Assembly: GCA_963845755.1 (NCBI GenBank)
Contig: CAWJTV010000039.1
Span: 288,001-352,000 of the forward strand
From: an uncultured Planctomycetota bacterium
Lineage (GTDB): Bacteria; Planctomycetota; Planctomycetia; Isosphaerales; Isosphaeraceae
Length of the DNA: 64,000 nucleotides
Reading direction: 5' to 3'
The position numbers were made by a program, and so were the translations under genes. This document shows, in pieces, positions 1 through 12,104 of this stretch (positions within the stretch are counted from its first letter, which is position 1; each line of letters opens with the position of its first letter). The notes beneath the pieces were generated by a model. The model saw only the letters and a program-made list of their open reading frames with translations, had not been told where the DNA came from and searched no databases.

Positions 1-1
1 C

Positions 2-1489
2 CGGATCGATGCGCCGGACTACAAGTCAGCCATCTCGCGGGCCTTTCAACCGACTGAGGGTTCGCAGACGTTCGACTTCGCGCTCCGGACGGCCAAGGGG
101 CTTTCCGGGATCGTCCTGCTCCCGGACGGAAAACCTGCGGAAGACGTCGAGGTCGTGCTGGCGACCAGTCCGAATCAGTTGACTTTGCGGTCGGGCCGCT
201 TCCATAGCGTTGTGAACTCTCCAAAGACGGTGACCGGCCCCGACGGCCGGTTTGACTTCCCGGCGCAGCAGGGCTGGTTTTCCCTCATCGCCCTGAGCGA
301 TGCCGGTTATGCCGACGCTTCGTCCGACGCGTTCGCGAAAACCGGCAAGCTCGCGCTGCAACCGTGGGGAAAGATCGAGGGCGGGGTGCGGATCGGCGCG
401 CGGTTCGGAACGGACCAGGAAGTGAGCTTCCGTCCGATCCGGTCCGAGCGTCGGGCCGGAATCCTCGACTACGGCTACTCGACGCGGACCGACGCGCGGG
501 GCCTGTTCCAGTTCGACCGGGTCATCCCGGGGCGAGGGGTCGTCACCCGGAGTGTGATCACGGAATACGCCGGGGGCCTCACGTCTCACATGCCATGCTG
601 GCCGGAAGAGGTCGAGGTCAAACCGGGCCAGACGGCCCGGGTGACGGTCGGCGGCAAGGGCCGGCCGGTAATCGGCCGGGTCGTCCTCGATGGGACACCC
701 GAATCGCCGGTCGACTGGACGCAGAACGAGCCAGTGACGATCTACGCTCCCACCGGTTGGTTTGCGGCGCACATCGACAAAGACGGCCGGTTCCGGATCG
801 ACGACGTCACGCCAGGTTTTCACAATCTGGAACTCCGCGTCAACCCACCTCCGAATGTCCGCTCTGGCGGTCCGGGGAAGATGATCGGACGATTGAAAAA
901 GACCTTTACCATGCCCGAGATCCCCGGCGGCCGGTCGAACGACCCGTTCGACCTGGGGACGATCACCGCCAAGCTCTTCGCGGCGATCAAGGTCGGTGAG
1001 CTTGCCCCCGATTTCGACGTCGAGCGGATCGGCGTCAAGGAGAATGGTCTGAGAGTCAAGCTGGGCGCCTATCGTGGAAAGCTGGTCCTGCTCCACTTCT
1101 GGCAAGCCTGGGAGGGACAGAATGATATGTCCATACTCGAGGAAGTCCAGGCGACCTTCGGCAAGGACACGCGGTTCGCGCTGATCAGCCTCGCCTGCGA
1201 TAAGGACGCCAGGCAGGCCGAAAAGACGATCGGAGAAAAGAGGCTGGGCTGGACGCACGGTCTTGCCGGCGAGCTCCCTTTCGGGGTCAGCGGTCGCTAC
1301 AAGATCGAAGGGATTCCGAACGCGTCCGTCTATGGCCCCAACCAGAAGTGGCGGCGGGTGCCCCTGACGTTTCTGATCGGCCCCGATGGGCGAGTGCTGG
1401 GGCACGACCTGAGCGGGCGCGACCTGGAGGCCGTCCGCAAGGCGCTGGAGGATCCCAAGCTCTTCGCAACCAGGTCGGGTTCTCTGTAA
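2..1489 (+). CDS. 5'-truncated carboxypeptidase-regulatory-like repeat protein with C-terminal redoxin (TlpA-like) domain
   Basis: Frame open from base 2 (RIDAPDYKSAIS...). Repeated 'TGPDGRF/TDARGLF/IDKDGRF' motifs. C-terminal 'GELAPDF...YRGKLVLLHFW...PLTFLIGPDGRV' thioredoxin-like fold. Confidence 0.8.
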   Translation, partial: RIDAPDYKSAISRAFQPTEGSQTFDFALRTAKGLSGIVLLPDGKPAEDVEVVLATSPNQLTLRSGRFHSVVNSPKTVTGPDGRFDFPAQQGWFSLIALSDAGYADASSDAFAKTGKLALQPWGKIEGGVRIGARFGTDQEVSFRPIRSERRAGILDYGYSTRTDARGLFQFDRVIPGRGVVTRSVITEYAGGLTSHMPCWPEEVEVKPGQTARVTVGGKGRPVIGRVVLDGTPESPVDWTQNEPVTIYAPTGWFAAHIDKDGRFRIDDVTPGFHNLELRVNPPPNVRSGGPGKMIGRLKKTFTMPEIPGGRSNDPFDLGTITAKLFAAIKVGELAPDFDVERIGVKENGLRVKLGAYRGKLVLLHFWQAWEGQNDMSILEEVQATFGKDTRFALISLACDKDARQAEKTIGEKRLGWTHGLAGELPFGVSGRYKIEGIPNASVYGPNQKWRRVPLTFLIGPDGRVLGHDLSGRDLEAVRKALEDPKLFATRSGSL

Positions 1490-1618
1490 GGACGAACAAG
1501 AGCGACCGGGGAGTTGATCTGGACACGAAGTCCGCCGATGATGGTGGCGATGGCCGGGCGGTCGGCGCCGCCGATGAGCCTCCACAGTCAACCATCCTCG
1601 ATATGAGAGATCGACATC

Positions 1619-2946
1619 ATGTACAGGCGGTTTTCCAGCGCACTCGTTGTCGGACTGGCCATGGTCGCCGCGGCGGCTGCCGCGCCGGGCCGGGCGGAAA
1701 AGGCGTCTTCCAACGGGGACTTCGTCACCCTTTTCAACGGTAAGGACCTCTCCGGCTGGCATGGCGTGGAGACCATGGACCCGCGCAAGTTCGAGGCGAT
1801 GAGCGCCGAGGAGAAGGCGAAGGCCCTGGAGAAAGGCGCCGCGGATGTGAAGAAGCACTGGCGCGTCGAGGATGACGCGATCGTCAACGACGGCCAGGGC
1901 GCCTATCTGACAGCGGACAAGGACTACGGCGACATCGAGCTGAAGGTCAACTTCAAGATCGGGCCCAAAGGGGATAGCGGGGTGTATCTCCGCGGGAATC
2001 CGCAGGTCCAGATCTGGGACTTCACCGAGAAGTCCTACGGCAAAATGGGAGCCCTGAAGGGCTCGGGCGGTTTGTGGAACAACAGCGCCGGGCGCCCGGC
2101 AAGGATCCCTCGGTCCTGGCCGACAAGCCCATTGGCGAGTGGAACACGTTCCGGATCATCCAGGTCGGCGAGCGAACCACGGTTTATCTCAACGACAAGA
2201 AGGTCGTCGACCACGCGCGCTGGGAGAACTTCTGGACTCGCAAGCTGCCACTGGTTGCTCGCGGCCCGATCCAGCTCCAGACCCACAATCACCCGATCTA
2301 CTGGCGGAATATCTCCGTCCGCGAGATCCCCCCGGACGAAGCCGGCAAGATCCTCGCCGAGCATGGCGCCGAGGGCTTCCGCTCGATATTCAACGGTGAG
2401 AACCTCTCCCAGTTTGCCGGGCCGATCGAGAACTACGAGGTGGTCTCCGGTGTCCTGAAATGCAAGCCGCACAAGGGGGGGACGATCTACTTCAATCAAG
2501 AGCTCACCGACTTCGCAGCGCGGGTCGAGTTCAAGCTACCCCCCGGCGGCAACAACGGCCTGGCGATCCGATACCCCGGCGGTCATGCCGACACCGCCTA
2601 CCACGGCATGTGCGAACTCCAGATCCTCGACGACGGCGCCCCGCAGTACGCCAGGTCGCTCGACAAACGCCAGGCGCACGGCTCGGCCTATGGCATGGTC
2701 GCCGCCCACAGGGGTTACCTCCGCCCGGTCGGCCAGTGGAACTTCCAGGAAGTCACCGTCAAGGGCTCGAAGATCAAGGTCGAGCTCAACGGCACCGTGA
2801 TCCTCGATGCCGATCTGAGCCAGGTGAAGGAGTTCATGGCGAACTCGCCCCATCCGGGCAAGGATCGGTCTTCCGGATACTTCGGCTTCGCCGGTCACAG
2901 CGATCCGGTCGAGTTCCGGAACGTATCGATCAAGACCCTGGATTGA
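1619..2946 (+). CDS. Secreted tandem DUF1080 (3-keto-disaccharide hydrolase-like) protein, frameshift near 2095
   Basis: Signal peptide. Two domains: 'LFNGKDLSGW...DSGVYLRG...GEWNTFRI' and 'IFNGENLS...NNGLAIR...GQWNFQEVTV...VEFRNVSIK'. ORFs 1619..2458 and 2074..2946 join. Confidence 0.85.
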
Positions 2947-2994
2947 AGCGCCCAAACGGTTTGACGATCTTCATTCCGACGACAACAGCCGGGA

Positions 2995-3019
2995 GCGGTC
3001 CCGGTCATAACGGGACCGC
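2995..3019. terminator. Hairpin between convergent genes, possible terminator
   Basis: GCGGTCCCG-7nt-CGGGACCGC perfect 9-bp stem. No clear U-tract. Confidence 0.3.
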
Positions 3020-3085
3020 CCCCCGACGGCACACGAGCTGCCGAGCCAATCCTGGCTGGCTGCTTCGGCGTGTTTCTGCGATTCC

Positions 3086-6000
3086 TCACTTCCGCCGATG
3101 CCCCATAGGCACCCCGCGTCTCGGATGGAGGGATATCGTCAGGTCCCTGAGACGGTCCTGAGCGAGCAGGGCATCGATCAAAGCCGGGTGCGCCGGCTTT
3201 CGCGCTTCGGTCGATCGGCCCGCGCTGGCCAGGTCCGTCCGAGCGTTGCCGGCGACCTGGAGCTGGACCCGTTTCGAGAGGGCGAAGGGTTTGCTCGGAG
3301 TCAGGATGACCGTATCATCCGCCGAGTCGTAGACCACCGAGCGGAGTGCGATCGTCTTGACGTTTCGGGCGGAGGACGAACTTCCCTTTGCGCGGACGTC
3401 AGGCGATAGAGACTCACTTGCTGGGCTTCGGTCGCATCGACCGGGCCGCTGAAGGTCACGAGGATCTGGCTCACGAGGTTCCGCTTGTTGAGGATCGCCT
3501 GGACGTCGGTTGTGGACGCCAGGACCGGAGAAGGGGGCACGCTGACCGTCGCGGTGGTGCTGTCGCTGACGGTATTCCCCTGGTTGTCTGACAAGCTGAT
3601 CGAGATCGGGAACGTCCCCGGGTTTGCGTAAACATGCGACCCGAAGACCTCGAAGGTTCCTCCGCCCTCGGGTTGGAGCGTTCCGCTGGATCTCTGGCCG
3701 TCGCCCCAGCCGATCGTCGCGGTGAAGTCGGCGGCCGTGGCTTGCTGAACCGTGGTGTGGATCGTGGCGACCGGAACCGTGAAGGCGCTGCCCGCGGTCG
3801 CCTTGACCGCAAGGGGAGGATCGGTCAGCACGGGGACGGTCATGTCGACGAAGTCGGCGACGACGGCGGAACTGCCGGTCGGCGTGTCGATGGTGACCGT
3901 GGCCTGAAACGCCTGGAAGACGTCCGTGACGTTGCTGTAGGTGTGGCTGCCGGTGACCACGAAGACCGTGCCCGCAGGCGAAGTCCCTTCGTAGCTCACC
4001 GTGCCGTCATCGGGGCCGGTTGAATCGCCCCAGTCGATCGAGGCCTCCGTCCCCCCGGCGAAGTCCTCGGGATCCGCGATCGGGGCGGTGTCCGTGAACG
4101 TCGCGACCACAACATCACTCAAGGGCTCGCCCTGGGTCCCGGAGATGGGCGCGGATTGCGCGATCAAGGGTGCTGCGCTGACGCTGGCGCTCCCCGCGTC
4201 GGCGGTGGGGCTATACCCTGGCGTGCTCACGGCGACGCTGAACGTATGGGACCCCGGCTCGTCGTAGGTGTGGGTGCCGAGGACGAAGAAGGTGGGGTTG
4301 CCTGCGGAGTCGTTGGCCCCTTGAACGATCGTGCCGGCCGACAGGGAGCCGTCGCCCCAACTGATCGTGGCCGAGAAGTCGCAGTCGCAGCCGGTCTCCG
4401 AGCTGTCGTCGCCCGAGAATTTCGCCACCTCCACGCTGAACGAGTTGCCCGCGGTGATGACCGGCGAGGTTCCGAGATTGAAGATCGTGATCGAACTGGG
4501 GGGCGTGGGCGTAGGCGTAGGCGTTGGCGTGGGTGTGGGCGTCGGGCTCGTCGGGTGGACGGTCATCAGGGCCAGGTCGTCGACGACGGCGGCACTGCCG
4601 TCCGGCGTCTCGATCGTGACCGTGACCTGATACTCTTCGGCGGCACCGTCGCTATCGCTGTAAGTGTGCGTGCCCGTGACCTCGAAGTCCGTGCCCAGGG
4701 GCGAGGTGCCCTGGTACTGCACCGTACCGGTGTCGGGGCCGGTGTCGTCGCCCCACTCGATCGTGGCCGTGGACCCGGAGGCGAACTCCGCGGGGTCGTC
4801 CATGAACTCGGGGTCCGTGAAGGTGGCGACCACCGTGCCGTCGGGCGTGTTCGCGGGCAAAGGCTGGCCCAGCGTACCCGCGATCGGCGCCGGTTCCGTG
4901 AGGAGGGCCGGGGCGTAGGCGATGGCGATGCCGCTCGCCGAGATCGGGGCATCCCCCTGGGCGCTCACGTAGACCGTGAACGTGAACTCGGGATTCGACT
5001 CGCCGTTCGCTTCGTCGTAGATATGGGTCCCGACGACGTAGAACGTGGGGTCCCCGCTCGTGGGGTCATCGGCCCCCTGGATGATCTCCCCGGCTGTCAT
5101 GTCCGGGCCCGACGCGCCCCCGTCACCCCAGTCGATCGTGGCGCCGAAGTCGGCGGGCGTTGCGTTCGGGTCGTCGCTTTGGAACTCGCCCATCTGGTCG
5201 GTGAACGACTGGCCCGCGGTGATGAAGTCTCCGTCTTTCTTGTCCAGGGCCTTGGCATTCTTCGCATCCGGCTTCTGGGAAACCGTGACGGTTCCCTCGG
5301 CCATGGCGGATTCGAGCAAGGGTGCGCCCTGGGTGGCGGTGCCCGCCTTGGAGATGTTGACCGTGACGACATAGGGCGACGTGCCCGTCGTCGCTTTGGC
5401 GTAGTCGTGGCCGCCGGCATCGGTGACGATGAAGCTCTGACCGGACTGGTTGGCCAAAGTGATGGTGCCCGCGGAGAAGGTACCGTCCCCCCAGCTAATG
5501 GTGGCCGCGTAGTCGCCGACATTGGGATCGGGTGCGTCGTCGGTGAAGGTCGCCACGGGTCCGGGGTACGCTACGCCCACGATCGCCGTGAACCTGCTGA
5601 ATGTCGCGTGCAGCGTGGGATTGGAGACCGCGACGTTGCCAGCCACCATCGCCGATTCGAGCAAGGGTGCGCCCTGGGTGGCAGTAGCGAACTTGGCGAT
5701 GGTAACCGTGACGACATAGGGCGACTGGCCGGTCGTCGCGGTGGCATAAACGTGCCGCCGGCATCGGTGACGATGAAGCCCTGACCGGATTGGTTGGCCA
5801 GGGCGATGGTGCCGGCGGAGAAGGTGCCGTCCCCCCAGCTTATGGTGGCGGCGTAGTCGCCAAGGATGGGGTCAGGGGCATCGTCAGTGAAGGTGGCGAC
5901 GACTCCGGCATAGGGCACGCCCACGATCGCCGTGATGCTGCTGAGGGTGGCGTGGAGTGTGGGATCGGAGACCGCGACGTTGCCGGCCACCATCGCCGAT

Positions 6001-9000
6001 TCGAGCAAGGGTGCGCCCTGGGTGGCAGTGCCCGTTTTGGTGATGTTGACCGTGACGACAAAAGGCGACTGGCCGGTCGTCGCGGTGGTATAAACGTGCG
6101 CGCCGGCATCGGTAACGATGAAGCCCTGACCGGATTGGTTGGCCAGGGCGATGGTGCCGGCGGAGAAGGTGCCGTCTCCCCAACTAATGGTGGCGGCGTA
6201 GTCGCCAAGGATGGGGTCAGGGGCATCGTCGGTGAAGGTGGCAACGGTCCCGGCATAGGGCACGCCCACGATCGCCGTGATGCTGCTGAGGGTGGCGTGG
6301 AGTGTGGGATCGGAGACCGCGACGTTGCCGGCCACCGTGGCCGTTTCCAGCAAGGGTGCGCCCTGGGTGGCGGTAGCGGTCTTGGCGATGGTGACCGTGA
6401 CGACAAAAGGCGACTGGCCGGTCGTCGCGGTGGTATAAACGTGCGCGCCGGCATCGGTGACGATGAAGCCCTGACCGGATTGGTTAGCCAGGGCAATGGT
6501 GCCGGCAGAGAAGGTGCCGTCCCCCCAACCAATGGTGGCGGCGTAGTCGCCAAGGATGGGGTCGGGAGCATCGTCAGTGAAGGTCGCGACGACCCCGGCG
6601 TAGGGCACGCCCACGATCGCCGTGATGCTGCTGAGGGTGGCGTGGAGTGTAGGGTCGGAGACCGCGACATTGCCGGCCACCGTGGCGGTTTCGATCAGGG
6701 GTGTACCCTGGGTGGCCGTGGCCGTCTTGGTGATCGTGACCGTGACGACAAAAGGCGATTGGCCCGTCGTCGCGGTGGTATAAACGTGCGCGCCGGCATC
6801 GGTGACGATGAAGCCCTGACCGGATTGGTTAGCCAGGGCAATGGTGCCGGCGGAGAAGGTGCCGTCCCCCCAGCTAATCGTGGCCGCGTAGTCGCCGATG
6901 GTGGGGTCGGGGGCATCGTCGGTGAAGGTGGCGACGGTCCCGGCATAGGGCACCCCCACGATCGCCGTGATGCTGCTGAGGGTGGCGTGGAGTGTGGGAT
7001 CGGAGACCGCGACGTTGCCGGCCACCGTGGCGGCTTCGACCAAGGGGTTGCCCTGGGTGTCGTTGGCCGTCTTGTTGATCGTGACCGTGACGACATAAGG
7101 CGCCTGGCCCGTGGTGGCGCTGGTGTAGAGGTGTCCGCCGGCATCGGTGACGATGTACTGCTGACCGGACTGGTTGGCCAGGGCGATGGCGCCAATGGTC
7201 GTGGTCCCATCGCCCCAATTGATGGTGGCCGCGTAGTCATTGAGATTGGGGTCGGGTGCGTCGTCGGTGAAGGTGGCGACGGCCCCGGCATAGGGCACAC
7301 CCACGATCGCCGTGATACTGCTGAGGGTGACGTGGAGCGTGGGGTCGGAGACCACGACGTTGCCGGCCACTGTGGCGGCTTCGACCAAAGGGTTGCCCTG
7401 GGTGTCCGTGGCGGTCTTGATGATGGTGACCGTGACGACATAGGGCGCCTGGCCGGTGGTGGCGCCGGTGTAAACGTGCCCGCCAGAATCAGTGATGATA
7501 TATTGCTGACCAGATTGGTTGGCCAGGGCGATGGCGCCAATGGTCGTGGTCCCATCGCCCCAATTGATGGTGGCCGCGTAGTCATTGAGGTTGGGGTCGG
7601 GAGCATCGTCGGTGAAGGTCGCGACGACCCCGGCGTAGGGCACCCCCACGATCGCCGTGATGCTGCTGAGGGTGGCGTGCAGCGCGGGGTTGGCAACCGC
7701 AACGTTCCCTTCGGCTTCACCAGATTCATCCAAGGGGTTGCCCTGACTGTCCGTGGCCGTCTTGGTGATCGTGACCGTGACGACATAAGGCGCCTGGCCG
7801 GTGGTGGCGCTGGTGTAGAGGTGGCCGCCGGCATCGGTCACGACGTAGCCCTGTCCAGCCTGGTTGGCCAGGCTGATCCGGCCGGAGGTCACATCCGGAT
7901 TGGTCGGCGTCCCGTCTCCCCAGTTGATCGTCGCCGAGTAGTCGCCCAGGTTGGAGTCCGGGGCGTCATCAGTGAAGGTGGCGACGGCCCCAGCGTAAGG
8001 CTCGTCCACGATCGCCGTGATGCCACTGAGCGTCACGTGCAGCGTGGGATTGGAAATCGTCGCGGTCCCTTGCACGGTGACGGTATTACTCGTGCCGTTC
8101 TGGGTGATCGTGACCGACAGGATGTCGGGGGGCTGACCCGTTGTGGGGGTGAAGTACGTGTGGATCCCCGTGACGAGGTATGTGGTCCCGGTCGCGTTGG
8201 TCTTGGTGATCGTGACGGTGCCCGTGCCGTCGGAGGAGGTGTTCGAGCTCCCATCACCCCAATCGACGGTCGCCGTGAAATCGCCGGCAACCAGCGGGGT
8301 GTTCGTGTCCGTGAAGGTGGCGACGACGCCGTTGAACGGCTGCGTGGCGAACCCGGTGATGTTGGTGATGGTGGCGGTCACCGGGGCTGGGATGACGGTC
8401 ACCGACTCGGATGTGGCCGAAAGGCTGCCGATCAGGCCGCTCGTGCCGCCGTCGGGCGCCGCGGTGAATTCCAGGAACTCCCCGGTGGAGGCGGTGAATA
8501 AGAGACCGTGGAGGCCATCGTTCACGAGCACCGCTCCGGTGTTGTCGGCAAGGGCACCGAGGAACTGGCCGGTCGTCGGATCGAAGGCGTCGATCTGGCC
8601 GTTGCCCGTGTTGGCCACGATCAGGTCGCCGCCGTACGGGCCAAAGTCGCTCGGGGCCAGGGCCAGGCCCCAGGGTGCATCCAGCGGCGACCCCTTGATG
8701 AGCTGCTGGATCAAGGTCCCGTCGGGCGTGAACTCGTCCACGAAGCCGTCGCCGAGCTGGGCCAGTGCCGTACCTGCGGTCGCCCCTGGCTTGGCGAACG
8801 TCACATACAGATTGCCGCCGATGTTCTGGACATTGTAAGGTGCGAAGCCGGCCGGTAGGTTGGGGTCCGTGAAGGTATTGGTCAATAGGGTCCAGTCCGG
8901 GTCGTTGGATGTGCTCACCGGCTGGAATTGACCGTTGTAAACTTCAATCTGCCCACTGTGGAAGTTCGCCACGTACAGCAATTCCTGATTGCCGTCGTCG

Positions 9001-10658
9001 GCGATCGCCAGGCCGGTGTAGACGGCGTCCGACGTCGCGTGATTCAGCGCGATGACCGCAGTGGGAGAGCCGGAGCCGGGGAACTGGCCATTCCAGCCGG
9101 AGATGGTCCCATCGAGGGTTGCGAACAGGAAGGCGCTCGGCTGGCCCTTGATGGCGAAGCGGGACGTGGTGTTGGAAACGATTCCGGTGGGTGAGCCCGT
9201 TCCCTTTCCCGACGCGGGCGGGATGACGACCGGCGGCTCCTGGGGCGTGGTGCCGTTGGGGCTGGCGTACGAGGTGACCACCCCGGATTCTTCGTCCGCG
9301 ACCCAGGCCAACCCCAGCTCGCCCGCGGTAATTCCCCAGGGGTTCACCAGGTGGGAATCCGTGCCCTCGGCGCTGATCGACGAGTTGTTCGAGACGAGGT
9401 TGACCTGGGCGACGCTGCCGGTCGTCAGGCCACCGCCGCCGACATCCGAAATCGTCACCGCGATTCCCGAGATGGAGTACGTGTCGGTCGTGCCGAGGTC
9501 GGTGATGGTGGTCACCACCGAGTAGGAGCCGGCCTGTGCGTAGGTATGAGTCCCGTTCACCTGGAACTGGCCGACGCCGTCCGCGGTAATCGTGCCGGCC
9601 GTTGGTGTCGTCCCATCGCCCCAGTCGATCGTCGCGACGAAGTTGGCCGGCTTCGCCTGAGAGTCGTCGTCGGCGAAGGTGGTGGTGGCGTAGGTGAACG
9701 CCGTGCCGGTCGTCGGAGTGGCGCCCGTCGAGGTCGTGACCGTCTGGCTCACCTGGGTGAGGGGTTGATCGGCCTCGTTGGAGACGTTGACGGCCAGGAA
9801 ATTCGAATAATGGATCGGTGCATTGCTGCCGATCGCGATCGTTCCCGACCCGGTGGCCGAACCGCCCGTCACGCTGACTGGTCCCTGGTCGTTGGCGTTG
9901 ACGTTGAGCGTCCCCAGGGCATTGCCGCCCGTGATCGTCAGCGACGAGAGGTTCGCCGCTCCGAAGAGGATGAGCGATGGCTCCAGGTTGGCGATCTGCG
10001 TGCCCGAGACGAAAACCGTCCTGGGACTCGTGTCGCCCGAGTCATTCACGGTCAGCGCCGTCGTGCCGGCCGTATTGGTGATCGACAGGTTTCCGGAGAT
10101 ACCCTGAGCCCCGCCCGAACCGCCCAGCGTGACGGCATCGGCGTTCCCCGGCTTGTTGTTGAAGATCAAGCTGGTCGAGGCCCCGACGCTCGAGATCGTG
10201 GCTGTATCGTTGCCGGACTGGAGAGTGATACTGACTGAAGAGACATATGAGGTTGTCGTTGACATTTTGATCGAACCCGGGCCAGTGACCGCGGTCGTAC
10301 CGCTGCCGGTCCAACCGTCCGCGATTGCGCCCGGTCCCAGAGTGATCGTCTCGTTCGCATCGCTGGTGAACGTGTACATCAGCGTGCTGAAACCGTCGGC
10401 GCCGTCGGTGATGACGGTCGAAGTCTTGACGGTCAGGCCGTCGGTCACGGCGGCAGAGCCCGTATAGGTCAGCAAGCCCTTGGTCGGGCTGCCGGCAGTG
10501 TTGTTGATGTCCAGGAGCGCCGTCGCGGCCAGCAGCGTCCGATCCTCGAGGGGGTCGAAGAACAACGAACGTCGTTTCCGGGGATTCGGGCCGTGGCCCA
10601 TCCAGCGACGGAGTCTGGGCTTCACGGCGGCGCGGTACGTGGGTGTGTGCATCATCAT
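3086..10658 (-). CDS. Giant (~2,500 aa) extracellular protein: planctomycete export motif, TIGR03118-like domain, many PKD/Ig-like repeats; frameshifts near 5755 and 3390
   Basis: N-terminal 'FDPLEDRTLLA'. 'NPWGI...SPTGIV...FLFATLDGTISGW...FAPYNVQ...DAPWGLALAP' domain. Recurrent 'VATFTD...ATIxWGDG...HxY' modules and a (TP)n linker. ORFs 5571..10811, 3301..5664 and 3086..3337 are continuous in content. Confidence 0.85.
5280..8045 (-). repeat. ~8 tandem copies of a 345-bp (115-aa) coding repeat
   Basis: Anchor CTGAGGGTG-like motif at 5597, 5941, 6286, 6631, 6976, 7321, 7666, 8026 (periods 344, 345 x5, 360). Confidence 0.9.
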
Positions 10659-11088
10659 TTCTCCGTTTCGAGGAACCGAGTAGTCAAACCCGTTGAGAAC
10701 GACGCGGTCCGTGTCGCGCGCGGCGCGCTTGATCCTCGGCCTCGGTCCGATCGAGGAACGCTGTGAGATTGGCTGGTTGTTGCGCGGCGTCCGGGGCCCG
10801 GCCGAGGTCATCGCGCCGGCCGCGTGAAGGTACGCTCTCCCTGGGGTAAGCTCCCTTTGCGCCGGATGTGTGACAGGGCGAAAGGGAATTTATTCCAGGA
10901 TGGCACATCGGACTGGAGATCGCATCGGACCCCAGCGGGCTGTTCCGTTCCGGCCGGTGAATCCGTGGGAGAACGACCGTTCCAGCCGCCGAACGGCTTC
11001 ACTGGCAGGCGGAGCCGGCCCGGTTCCATCCACCAGTTCGGATGGTCACCCACGTCGATTGGCGCACAGTCCCGCTGATCTCACGGCG

Positions 11089-11784
11089 TCATGAGCGCGC
11101 ATGCGACGGGTTGCGTTTTTTCAGGTCGCGCCTGATCCCGTGGCTGATTCTACGCCGCCAGAGGGAGAAGCCGAACCACGAACTCGCCAGGCCGACGGCC
11201 AGAATGAACCAACTCGACGGTTCGGGCACGGAGGCAAATGTGATGTTATCGAAGACCAGTTGGAGGTTCCCGCCAGTGAAGACCACCGATTGGGCGGTGC
11301 CGGAAAAGAGCAAGGTTTCCGCGCCGGAGAAGAACTCGTTCGATGGCGGAAGCAGCGGTAGCGTTTCCTGGGCCAGCAGGGTCCCCGTGCCGTCGAGCCC
11401 GCTGTAGATGTTGACTGTCGCGGTCCGGCCGATGGCGATGTCATAAAAGACGAGTCCGGTCGAGAAGCCGCCGGAGACATCCATCGTCATGGACAAGGGC
11501 TGGCCGGCCCCGATTCCTGTGTTGCCGAGCAAGAGCACCGTCGGCGGCGAGGGATCGCCGGGGAAGGGTGTCTGTCGTACCAGCGCCAGGGCATTCGAGG
11601 AGAAGGTGATCCCGTAATTCGGACCGGGACCGCTCCCCAAACTGCCGGAACCGCCGTTGTAGTAGTCATCCACTTGTTCGAGATTCCGGAGCCCTTCGAA
11701 CGTGAGCACGGGCTCCGCCATGGCATTCCCGGACCCGAGAAGCCATGCCAAGGCGACCAGGATGTATCTTCTCATAGCGTTCAT
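11089..11784 (-). CDS. PEP-CTERM sorting domain protein
   Basis: Signal peptide (…GNAMA|EP). C-terminal 'VPEPSSWFILAVGLASSWFGFSLWRRR'. Confidence 0.9.
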   Translation of the reverse strand: MNAMRRYILVALAWLLGSGNAMAEPVLTFEGLRNLEQVDDYYNGGSGSLGSGPGPNYGITFSSNALALVRQTPFPGDPSPPTVLLLGNTGIGAGQPLSMTMDVSGGFSTGLVFYDIAIGRTATVNIYSGLDGTGTLLAQETLPLLPPSNEFFSGAETLLFSGTAQSVVFTGGNLQLVFDNITFASVPEPSSWFILAVGLASSWFGFSLWRRRISHGIRRDLKKRNPSHARS

Positions 11785-12104
11785 CCCTGTGTCCCCGCGA
11801 TTCCCAAACTGGAGATGAGACGGATCGTCGTAGAACCTGGGAGGTGTCTCATCGCGGATTCGGAAGCTTCTACGATGGTCCAGGCGCTGTTGTGACGATC
11901 GTTTGTCTTCAATCTATCCCGGTGAGATCCCGAATTCCCTCAACACCATCCTGGGATTTAGCGTAACCCGCATGCGCGATTCAACTACGGATCGGCAGCA
12001 TTCCGAACGATCTGCGAACCAAATATCATCATGTCGATGGCGATAATCGAGGCACGCCGAATCGCGCAATCCCTTAGGTGAGACGCCCGCATCACAAGAA
12101 TGCC

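Noticed and set aside
10660..11088. Possible c-di-GMP riboswitch upstream of the giant surface protein
   Set aside because: A hairpin exists near 10850-10890 but the GEMM consensus elements are not found.
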